Of a stretch of DNA of 64,000 nt, positions 10,388 through 21,162 are shown piece by piece. Source of the stretch: Heptranchias perlo. Lineage: Eukaryota. Each line of letters opens with the position of its first letter. The stretch's first letter is position 1. The stretch covers positions 7,998,001-8,062,000 of the forward strand of contig NC_090335.1 in assembly GCF_035084215.1 (NCBI RefSeq). The letters run 5' to 3'. Under the pieces are notes generated by a model, which was given only the letters and a program-made list of their open reading frames with translations, was not told the origin of the DNA and ran no database searches. The position numbers were made by a program, and so were the translations under genes.

Positions 10388-13300
10388 CATATGATGTTAT
10401 TAGCAGCTTTGATGCACTTGGCCATTGCTCTACATTCTCACTAAATTTTACTTTGTGGCCACTCACTTTGTTTTCATCAACATATCGACCAATTCTACAT
10501 ACTTTCGCAATGATTGATAACAGTGGTGAGGACATTTGATTTCCTGAAGACAGCACAGTGGGATGATTTACAACCAGGAGATAAGGACAGAGATGCTTAT
10601 GTGCAGAACAACGCAGCCGAATAGCATAAAGATAAAGCCTGCTCCGTCCCGAAAGTTAGAGTTCTTGAGAGGACGGTCGGAAGTCCATTGCCCAGGAACC
10701 CACAGAAGTCAGATTTGATCAATTTTGTGTCTGAGGAAGTAAAACCAGGTTGTATTGATTGCTTGTCTTCTAATGTAATCTGAAGACAGTTGCATTATAA
10801 CTATAATACTGTGTGAGTCAATGTATTAAAGCTGGTTATTTTATAGCCACACAGGCTTGTATCACGGCAAAATTACTGTTGAAGGATTAACAACCCTTTG
10901 AAGCAACAGTAATGGGAAAATCCACTAACAAATGGGGTCCCTGGGTGGCCCGGAGTTTCAAAGGTTTAAAGTAGCTAATGTTGAGAGATTGACCGAGTAA
11001 TTCAGACGAGACAGAGAGGAGGGATAAGTAGTTGGAAAACGAGAAAAGGTAGACAACCCCCCAAGCTCATGAGATGAGACGGGAAGGAGGAATAGGTGGT
11101 TGTGACCGAGTGGGGTAAAGGTAGCCAACCCTCAAACCTGAGAGAGAATGAATCATGGCGATTGCACCAGATGGTTTATGTTCGACAATCCACACATACG
11201 TGGAAAAGTCATTCCGTTGAGAGAAGAGGAAAGAAATTGTGCAGGAGGACGAGGAGTTAAAATGAGTCCTTTCACAGCAGAGAGAGGCCGTAAAGGAATT
11301 ATGTAAAAATCAGATGCAAAGTATATCCAGGAGAACATAGGAACTTGTACTGTATTAGTTAAAATCTGTCAGACTTCGTGTGAGGTGGAGACTAAGATGA
11401 AGAAACTGGTAAAGGTGAAGAAAATTAAAGAGCAGAATTGGAAATCGGGAATCTTGTTGTTTCATCCACAAGAGTTAGGGAGATTGAGAGAGGAAGGTGA
11501 AATTCGGAAGGGTAGGTTGAAAGATAAAGAAGAAAGAAGAAGAAAAAGAAAGATGGAGGGACCTTCACCACACCAGGCTTGAGGACACAGACTGTGAGCT
11601 TGAGACTTTCAGTCAGTACAGAATGGAGTTAAGTCACAAACATCAGAAATTGAAATTTGGTTTGAGTAAAAAAAGGATAATCTATGATGGAACCAAGCTA
11701 CAGAATGAGTTCTTTTGTTTTCAGTGGACTGTCTCTTTAAAAAGCCTGTCCTCACTGTGAGTGCTTTCTTTTCACTGTTGCGGGCCATGGCCCCATCTTA
11801 ATGCTTGTTATGTGTTTTCCTCTTTTGTGTAATGTTAAAAAGATTTTGCATAGCTGTGAAAGCAGTAATTTCCAGTATTTTTGGAAAGGTGCACCTGAAG
11901 ATCGAACAAAACGAAAGACAATATAATTTATTGGGTTTTAGTGAGAATGTACTATATTGATAATTTTATTTGTTCTGTCTTGTGTTTAATTTTGATATTG
12001 TTGAATTAAAATTGGAGTTATTGAGGTTAACTAAACTATCAGATTGTGGAAACCAAACTTTTATTGTGGCCACAGTGAAATTCTAGTTCTTATAAATTTG
12101 AACATAAGAGTTTCAAATGCCGATCATGAGGTTATCACATGAAAATTGATATTTTGAATTCCTTAAATGCTTAATGTGTTGAGTATTGGTGAGCGTAAAT
12201 TGATCTGATTGTGGAGTTGTGTTGCATATTAGTGAGCATGTATTGATGTATAAGGAGTTAGTGTTGTGAGTCACTGTAATCGAAGAACGATATCTTGTTA
12301 TCTAGTACAGGACATCAATTTTGAAAATTTTGAGTTAATCATCTTGGTTGTACTGGAATGTGATAACTGTTAGCAAACTGACAGCATCCCTTTAATCTTG
12401 TGATTGGCTGTGGTCAGAAAAAAGTGACTGAAAAAATAAAAAGATTAATAAATGATTTTGTATCTCTATGAGAACAATTAGGAAATGTTGTGTCGTTGGA
12501 CTATCTAAGAGTTAATAAATTTTGGACATCGCTTAAATAAATGCTAAAGGCTTTAACAACATTTGGAATTTAATCTGCAATGATTTTGGATAAAAAGGCC
12601 AGGCCCAAGTACCTTTTAAAAAAAAAACTGACATGAACGAATTGAAATGCTATCCCCCGACACAAAAGGTTTTTATAAATTCATGTGAAAGCTATGCTGA
12701 CGTACGCTGCGTGAGTCTAATGATATCTGGCTCCGTCGTTTTGTTTCTGCGAAAAAGTTAAGCCCTTCCAAGGACACGGACATCTGTTTTTAATTCACCA
12801 AGCAACAACCTTTCCATTTATTTAAAATAATTGCCAAAATTTAATTGGAGATTTCCCCACGGGTGACAGAATGAAATCATGAAATCGTGAATTGACTAAT
12901 TAACCCCTTGGGCTCTCAAGAAGAGCCACAATGGATTTTCTGTGTTTCTTTTTAAACAGGGGATATGGTTTTTGGGACGGCATGAGTGTTGATGGTGACG
13001 GATTACCAAGAGTAGTTCTTTGGCATAACAGTGGATTCACAAAGTCATGGAGCAAGCATTGCTGGAAATGTGTTGGTGCAGGAAGTGATCCAGTGGTGTT
13101 AAGAATTTAAGATCTTATCCGCAGACTTCGGCATATATCAAATCTCACAGCATGGTGTCGTTTTGGATGAAGGCTTAAGACTTGAATTTTGAAAATTCAA
13201 AATTACATAGAGAAGGAAAAGCAATCATCAGCCTTGATCAAATTTCTTCTATACTTAATGAAGAATATACCAAGTTGTTTTTCCTCTTTTGAAATGTTTT

Positions 13301-14261
13301 GATTTGTTTTACTTTAACCCATTTATTTTCCGAGACAGCGTGCTATAGCTGGGGGTGAGGGGAGGTGGTTAAGATATATCCAAAAGTAATTACATAAGAA
13401 CATAAGAGATAGGAGCAGGAGTAGGTCATTCAGCCCCTCGAGCCTGCTCCGCCATTCAATGAGATCATAGCTGAGCTGATTCTGGTCTCAACTCCACTTT
13501 CCCGCCTGTTCCCCATATCCTTTGACTCTCTTGCTGATCAAAAATTTGTCTAACTCATCCTTGAATACATTCAATGTCTCAGCCTCCACCACTCTTTGGA
13601 GAAAGAATTCCAAAGGTTCACTGCCCTCTGAGAGAAGAAATTTCTCTTCATCTCCGTCTTAAACGGGCGACCCCTTATTCTGAGACTATGCCCCCTAGTT
13701 TTAGATTCCCCCATGAGGGGAAACATCCTCTCAGCATTTACCCTGTCAAGCCCCCTCAGAATCTTATATGTTTCAATAAGATCTCCTCTCATTCTTCTAA
13801 ACTCCAATGAGTATAGGCCCAACCTGTTCAATCTTTCCTCATAAGAAAACCCTTCCATACCCGGAATCAACCTAGTGAACCTTCTCTGAACCGTCTGCAA
13901 TGCAAGTATATCCTTCCTTAAATAAGGGGACCAAAACTGTACGCAGTACTCTAGGTGCGGTCTCAACAGCACCTCGTACAGTTGTAGCAAGACTTCCCTG
14001 CTTTTATAATCCATTCCCCTAGAAATAAAGGCCAATATTCCGTTTGCCTTCCCAATTACCTGCTGCACCTGTATGCTAACTTTTTGTGTTTCATATACGA
14101 GGACACCCAAATCCCTCTGTACCGCAGCATTCTGTAGTCTTTCTCCATTTATATATAATATTTCGCTTTTTTAGTTTTCCTCCCAAAGTGGATGACTTCA
14201 CATTTTCCCACATTATCTGCCAAATTTTTGCCCACTCGCTGTAACCCTTTGCAGACACTTT

Positions 14262-16313
14262 GGGCCCGATTTTAGCACCCGCTATCGGGTGCGTCCTCGG
14301 CGGGGGGGCCTCGAAAATCGTGAAATGCAGGAGCCCGACCAGATCCCGCCTCGATCCCGCCCACTTCCGGGTTCCCCGCCGACGCGCCAGCGTGCGCGCG
14401 CAGCACCCGCTGGTGGGAATCCCGCAGGCAATTAAAGCCAGCGGGATGCCACTTGACAATATTTGGTTTGGTATTTCAGGTCATTAACTGACCTGATTAA
14501 GGGACTGTGTGTGATTTTTGATCAACATGGGACTGTTTCCCACACTGGGGGAAACACTCCCAGCTCGAATGGACCTGTTGCAGCTGTCAGCCTGTGGCAG
14601 CTGCAAAGGTCCATTTGACAGGTGTTGGGGGGGAGACCCTCACCCATTGCAGGAGGCCACTCTGTCACTTGGGACAAAGTTTGGCCTCCACCACCCTCCT
14701 CCTGACGGTCAAAGTCACCAACCTGCACACTTACCCCGGGGTCCAGAGACATGTACCTACCTTGCGGACCCCCTCAGATGTACATCTTGCGGATGGGGGC
14801 CGCCGTAGCTGCAGTCATGACCTCCTCGGAGGGCGAACAGCATCACCAGCCTCGCCATCCACGCCATCCACCTCTGACACGTGGAGCTCCACAACACAGT
14901 GCTGTGACACATCCACCTATACAGCAGGAGGGAGGGCAACCGCAGAGAGAGATGCGTCGCAGAGGGCACTACCCTCGCCACAGGGTCCACAGACCGAGGC
15001 TCAGCCTCCTGGACCTCTCTGAGCAGCAGTGCACACGGAAGCTCAGAGTCACTCGACATGTAGCCGTGGACATCTGCAGCCTCTTTCATGCCGAGCTGCT
15101 CCTGGCTGGCCCGTGCACCATCTTCCTACCTGTCGCTGTCAAAGTCACCACTGCCCTCCCGAACTTCTCCTCCGCATCCTTCCAGGGTGCAACCGGGGAC
15201 ATCGCCGATGTGTCTCAGTCGTCTGCGCAGAAGAGCCCTGCAAATACACCGACACCCACTCTGCAGTGACACAATGGGTGGCATCAGTGGTGGGTCCTCA
15301 TAGTGATACCCAGGAGCGGGCATTATTGCACAAACCGGACAGGATTCGCGAAGACATGGCAGTAGTGGTGCCAATATAATGTGTGATGTGAGTTGTTCTG
15401 AAATTCAATAGAAGTAACAACCATGACAAACCCTCAAACACCCTTGTGCATCCCCTTCATGCTCACGACACGTTTGCCTTACGCTGCCTACTGCACATAT
15501 GTGATGCATGCCCTGTGGCTGCAGCACAGGTGGTGGTAGGTTGAGTGAGGCTGGCCGTGAGAGAGATGCACGAGAGGGTGAGTATGAGAGAGAGCCATGA
15601 GATTGTATGAGGATTGGGTTGCGTGGTAGTGGCGGGGTGAGTACTGGCGAGGTGAGTAGGTGCAGGTAAGATGAGGATGAGGTTTGAGTGGGTGTGAGGG
15701 GTGATGTGACAGAGTAGTGTTGGCAGCGCCGAAGGAGATGTGGGGTGGGGGCAGTGATGTGGCAGACGGAGTGTAGGGGACAGAGTAAGTGTACTCACTG
15801 TGGCTGACCTACTGAGGTCATTGGAGCGCCTCCTGCACTGTGTGCAGGTGGGCGATATGTTGGTGGTGCAGGTGACCCCCTCTGCCACCTCGAGCCAGGC
15901 CTTCCTGGTGGCGGAGGCGGGCCGCTTCCTCCCGCCCGCCGGGGGGAAGATCTCTGTCCTCCCCCTCCTCCTCACCCCATGTATTGATACCTGGGGTGAG
16001 GCATCATTAAACTGGGAGCAGCCTTCCCCCTGGGCTGCTCCATGCAGTCATCTTTGCTATTGGTTGCAGCATCTGTCAGTGGAGGACTGCCCCTTTAAAT
16101 AGAGCGCCTCCAGCTGACAGATCTTACTGCGCATGCGCAGCCCGCCCGACGCGCAGATCAGCAGCGGGGAACCCGGAGGAGCAGGTAAGTGAATCCAATT
16201 AGTGGGTTGCCTGCTACGATCGCGCGGGAAACCCACTAATTTCACCGGGCGCGTTACCAACGCGCCCGCTTGCCCATCCAACGAGAACCCGCATCCCTGC
16301 TAAAATCGGGCCC
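14262..16313 (-). mobile_element. Non-autonomous PIF/Harbinger transposon, 2052 bp, inverted relative to the 7993 copy
   Basis: Perfect 16-bp TIR GGGCCCGATTTTAGCA / TGCTAAAATCGGGCCC; TSD TTT; transposase relic at about 14950-15240 (+) and Myb-like relic at about 15797-16045 (-). Confidence 0.94.
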
Positions 16314-17950
16314 TTTGTGTCCTCCTCACAACTTACTTTTCCACTTATCTTTGTATCATCAGCAAATTTGGCCAGGTGACACTCGCTTCCTTCATCCAAG
16401 TCATTGATATGGATTGTAAATAGTTGAGGCCCCAGCACTGATCCCTGCGGCACCCCACTAATTACAGATTGCCATCCTGAAAATGACCCCTTTATCCCAA
16501 CTCTCTATTTTCTGTTCATTAGCCAATCCTCTATCCATGCTAATGTATTACCCCCAACACCATGAGCTCTTACCTTGTGCAGTAACCTTTTATGTGGCAC
16601 CTTATCAAATGCCTTTTGGAAATCCAAATACACTACATCTACTGGTTTCACTTTATCCATCCTGCTTGTTACTTCCTCGAAGAACTCTAATCAATTTGTC
16701 AAACATGATTTCCCCTTCATAAAACCATGTTGACTCTCCTTGATTTTATTTTGAGTCCCTAAATGTCCTGCTACTACTTCCTTAATAATGGATTCTAGCA
16801 TTTTCCCAGTGACCGATGTTAGGCTAACTGGTCTATAGTTACCTGCTTTCTGTCCCCCTGCTTTCTTGAACATTCCAATCCAGAATCTAGTGAATTTTGG
16901 AAGATTACAACCAATGCATCCACTATCTCTGTCGCCACTTCTTTTAAGCCCCTTGGATGCAAGCCATCAGGTTCAGAGGACTTGTCAACCTGCAGACCCA
17001 TTAGTTTGCCTGGTACTTTTTCTCTAGTGATAGTGATTGTTTTTCGATCCTCCCTCCCCTTTGCACCTTGATTATCTACTATTATTGGTATGCTTTTAGT
17101 GTCTTCTACTGTGAAGACAGATACAAAATATCTGTTCAATGCCTCTACCATTTCCATTATTATTTCCCCAGTCTCATCCTCTAAGGGACCTATATTTACT
17201 TTAGCTACCCTCTTTTTATATACTTGTAAAAGTTCTTACTGTCAGTTTTTATATTTCTTGCTCGTTTACTCTCATAATCTATTTTCTCCCTCTTTGTTTT
17301 TTTAGTCCTTTGCTGGTTTCTAAAGTTTTCTCAATTTTTGGGCTTACCACTAATCTTTGCCACATTGTATGCCTTTTCTTTTAACTTGATACCATCTTTA
17401 ACATCCTTAGTTAGCCATGGTTGGTACACCCTTCTAGTGGAGTTTTTCCTCCTTACTGGAATATATTTTTTTTGAGAGTCATAAAATATCTTTTTAAATG
17501 TCTGCTACTGCTTATCCATTGTCATACCTTCTAATCTGTTTTCCCAGTCCACTTTAGCCAACTCTGTCCTCATGCCATTGTAATTGCCCTTATTTAGGTT
17601 TAATACAGTAGTTTCAGATCCAAGATTCTCACTCTCAAACTGAATGTGAAATTCTTTCATATTATGATCACTGTTTCCTAAGGGATCCTTTACTTTGAGG
17701 TCATTAATTAATCCTGTCTCATTACCCAATACCAGATCTAAAATGGCCTGTTCCCTGGTTGGTTCTACAATGTATTGTTCTAAGAAACAGTCCCGAATAC
17801 ACTCTGAACTCAACCACAGGGCTACTTTTGCCAATTTGATTTGTCCAATCTAAATGTAGTCATGATGTGGAGATGCCGGTGATGGACTGGGGTTGACAAT
17901 TGTAAACAATTTTACAACACCAAGTTATAGTCCAACAATTTTTATTTGAA

Positions 17951-17991
17951 ATCTACAAGCTTTCGGAGGCTTCCTCCTTCGTCAGGTAAAT
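17951..17991 (-). ncRNA. Minimal type I hammerhead-ribozyme-like motif (left arm)
   Basis: Exact reverse complement of the motif at 18515-18555. Confidence 0.6.
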
Positions 17992-18514
17992 GTTCAGGAG
18001 CTCCTCGAAGCCTACGCATTTATACATATAGAACAATACATGGTGTTTACAGACTGCCCCTGCAACTGCCCGTTGCCAAGGCAATCACCGTGTTCAGACA
18101 GAGAGGTGTCACCTACAGAACCCCCGAATACACATTCAACAAAAAAACAAACAGGAAAAAAAACAGAGAGAGGCAGAAACATCCGGAAGGCAGAGAAAGC
18201 CAGCAAATGACCCATTATATTAAAAACTTGGGTTCATGTCACGCTACACGTTACCCCACCAGCGAACAAATGTTATCTGTTTTTAATATAATGGGTCATT
18301 TGCTGGCTTTCTCTGCCTTCCGGATGTTTCTGCCTCTCTCTGTTTTTTTTTCCTGTTTTTTTTTTGTTGAATGTGTATTCGGGGGTTCTGTAGGTGACAC
18401 CTCTCTGTCTGAACACGGTGATTGCCTTGGCAACGGGCAGTTGCAGGGGCAGTCTGTAAACACCATGTATTGTTCTATATGTATAAATGCGTAGGCTTCG
18501 AGGAGCTCCTGAAC

Positions 18515-18555
18515 ATTTACCTGACGAAGGAGGAAGCCTCCGAAAGCTTGTAGAT
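18515..18555 (+). ncRNA. Minimal type I hammerhead-ribozyme-like motif (right arm)
   Basis: AUUUAC-CUGACGA-A-GGAGG(AAG)CCUCC-GAAA-GCUU-GUAGAU: core boxes CUGANGA and GAAA, stems I and II, and a palindromic vestigial stem III (AAGCUU). Confidence 0.6.
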
Positions 18556-20504
18556 TTCAAATAAAAATTGTTGGACTATAACTTGGTGTTGTAAAATTGT
18601 TTACAATCTAAATGTAGGTTAAAATCGCCCATGATTATTGTATTACCTTTTTTACAAGCTCCCATTATTTCTTGATTTATATTTTGCCTTACAGTATAGC
18701 TACTGTTAGGGGGCCTTTAGACTACTCCCACCAGTGATTTCTTACCCTTGCTATTTCTTACCTCCACCTAAATTGATTCTACACCTTGATCTGAGCCAAA
18801 ATCATTTCTCACTATTGTACTAATTTCATTCTTTATTAACAGAGCTACCCCACCACCTTTTCCTTTCTTCTTATCCTTCCAAAATGTCACATACCCCTGA
18901 ATATTCAGTTCCCAACCTTGCTCACCTTGTACCACCTTCTCTGTATTGGCCACAAGGTCATACCCATTTGTTTCTATTTGTGCCGTCAATTCATCTAATT
19001 ATGAATGCTGCGCACATTCAGATAAAGAACCTTTAATTTTGTCTTTTTACCATTTTTTCCCACTATGACTCCATTTGCTGGTGCACTCTTATGTTTGTTC
19101 ACTCTGTCCCTTCCTGTCACACACTGGTTATCATTACCCCTTTCTCTTCCCTGTACTACTTCCTTGTCCTTTCTCTTCAACATTCTAAATTTTCCCCCAC
19201 CTGAACCTTCCCCCCTCCCTATTTAGTTTAAAGCCCTATCTATAGCTCTAGTTATTCGATTCACCAGAACACTGATCCCAGCATGGTTCAGATGAAGCCC
19301 GTCTTGATGGAACAGCTCGCTCTTTCCCCACTACAGGTGCCAGTGCCCCATGAATTGAAACCCACTTCTCCCACACCAATCTTTGAGCCATGCATTCATC
19401 TCTCTGATCTTATTTACTCTATGCCAATTTGCTCGTGGCTCAGGCAATAATCCAGCGATTATTAACTTTGTAGTTCTGCTTTTTAATTTAGTTCCTAGTT
19501 GCTCATACTCTCTCAGCAGAACCTCTTTCTTAGTCTTACCTATGTCGTTGGTTCCTACATGGAGCACGACAACTGGATCCTCCCCCTCCCACTTCAAGTT
19601 CCTCTCCAGCCTGGAGGAAATGTCCTTAACCCTGGCACCAGGTAGGCAACACAGCCTTCGGGACTCACGCTCTTGGCTGCAGAGAACAGTGTCTATCCCC
19701 CTAACTATACTGTCGCCTACTACTACCACCTTTCTTTTTACTCACCCCACTTGAATGGCCTCCTGTACCACGGTGCTGTTGTCAGTTTGCTCATCTTCCC
19801 TGCAGTCCTTGCCCTCATCCACACAACTTGCAAGAACCTCGTAACTGTTAGACAAGTGCAAAAGCTGAAGCTCCTGCAATGCAACCTCCAGGATCCCCGT
19901 ACCTGCACTTCTGTCTCTACTGTAAAATCACAAAGCCTGGACATAATCGGTTTCTGAAATTGGAATTGATAAGATAAATTGATAAGAGTTGTGGTTCAAG
20001 CTCTCGAGAAGGTAAAATTTATGTGTAGTTTAAGGGAATAATCAAATTCTATTTTAAAATAAAAGGAGTCCAGTCTAAATGGTTCCTGTCCAATGCTGTG
20101 AATCAAGGAAGAAAGTATTTTGGCGGGAAATAAAATTGTACGTTGACAAGTCCTGTCAGTCCAACAATAATGCCGTCTGGATTTGGAATAGTTTTGAAAT
20201 GACAGAATGGGCTCAGGCACAATGTAACGGGTTGTTGGGTAAAATGAAGACATGCTTTAAGGGGGCAGTATTTTCCTGGAGAGTATAAGTAACATTGTTC
20301 CCTGAGGGTTGGGAAGGCGTGCAGCTTGGTAGAAGCATCCCATTGGTTTGTGCGACTGGAAAGCATTTGATGGAGTGAGAAGGGTGCTGAACAGGAACTG
20401 CCCGGATTGGTTGATAACTCAAAAAGTAAGTTACCTGACCATCACAGAACGTGATGATGTTTATAGAGGTGTTTTAGCATTTGCTGCAGTACCATAATTT
20501 GCTT

Positions 20505-20577
20505 CACCCCAGATGGGATGTAAACACACAAATTTCTGATTTAGAGGCTAGTACCTTATCCATTAGGCCACTGAGGC
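20505..20577 (-). pseudogene. tRNA-Arg pseudogene
   Basis: D-arm half (CCTTATCCATTAGGCCACTG on +) retained; T-arm and anticodon arm degenerate. Confidence 0.75.
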
Positions 20578-20939
20578 TATAAGGAATAACAACTTGGTGC
20601 TTACAAGCTGCCCCTTTGCCTCTATATATTCCCCTCCAAATTTGATGCCTTTTTATGGGCCGCTCCTTTCCTTTCATACACAATCACATTGTATCAATTC
20701 CAAGGATCCCAGCAATGACGTGACAGGGTCTGACTTAATTGTGCGTATCAGCAATTGATACAGATGGGCAAAATGTTGATATTATGTGAAAAACAAATGA
20801 GACCTACTTGCTTGCCTTGGCTGTAAGTTCCATTGATTGACAAGACAGCTCCCTTGCTTAGCTCTTTGATCTCTCTGTATTTCAGCAATGTGGACAAAGA
20901 ACTGATCTTCACAGAATGAAGTTAATTTAAAACCAAGCG

Positions 20940-21012
20940 CACTCCAGATGGGACTTGAACCCACTATCCCTGACTCTGGAAACCAGTGCCTTATCCATTA
21001 GGCCACTGGGGT
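20940..21012 (-). pseudogene. tRNA-Arg-derived copy with CCA anticodon
   Basis: ACCCCAGTGGCCTAATGGATAAGGCACTGGTTTCCAGAGTCAGGGATAGTGGGTTCAAGTCCCATCTGGAGTG; A and B boxes intact; one C-A mismatch in the acceptor stem. Confidence 0.75.
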
Positions 21013-21162
21013 TATGTGATTAGAGGAGCAGCCTCAATGCACTTGGTCATGCTCTACATTCTCACTATATTCTACCTGACCTTGTGGCCACTCAACATAT
21101 CGACCAATTTCACACACTTTAGCAATGATTGGTAGTAGTTGTGAGAACATTTGATTTCCTGA

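Larger units (their letters stand above)
17860..18603. mobile_element. 5'-truncated Penelope-like retroelement with inverted pseudo-LTR
   Basis: 329-bp inverted arms 17899-18227 and 18279-18607; the spacer encodes LGFMSRYT, like a PLE ORF C-terminus; 14-bp TSD CAATCTAAATGTAG at 17846 and 18604. Confidence 0.85.
13392..19904 (-). mobile_element. Near full-length degenerate CR1 LINE (ORF1 esterase, APE, RT) carrying two nested insertions
   Basis: VVVGDSIVRG..CCLPGARVKD..LHVGTND (19331-19729); endonuclease pieces (LYLNVRSI, LGNSDHN); RT pieces; tail TAAGAACATAAG at 13394. Confidence 0.93.
10549..20232 (+). mobile_element. ERV relic copy a (3' half of LTR, PBS-Asn 10933-10950, gag-like, PR/RT/tether; RNase H at about 20130-20230), split by CR1 13392-19904
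   Basis: LTR end TAACA-AA-TGGGGTCCCTGGGTGGCC; LDYLRVNK at about 12496; DKKARPK at about 12589; DGLPRVVLWHNSGFTK at about 12997; LYVDKSC at about 20137. Confidence 0.8.

Noticed and set aside
12985-13135. Integrase-like reading VLMVTD…KVLVQEVIQW…LSAD.G
   Set aside because: It lies between RT and RNase H and contains stops; the alternative frame fits the tether/connection domain in the expected order, and no HHCC or DDE set was found
17946-18560. Paired identical ORFs on opposite strands (MKSTSFRR…)
   Set aside because: Mirror products of the Penelope palindrome
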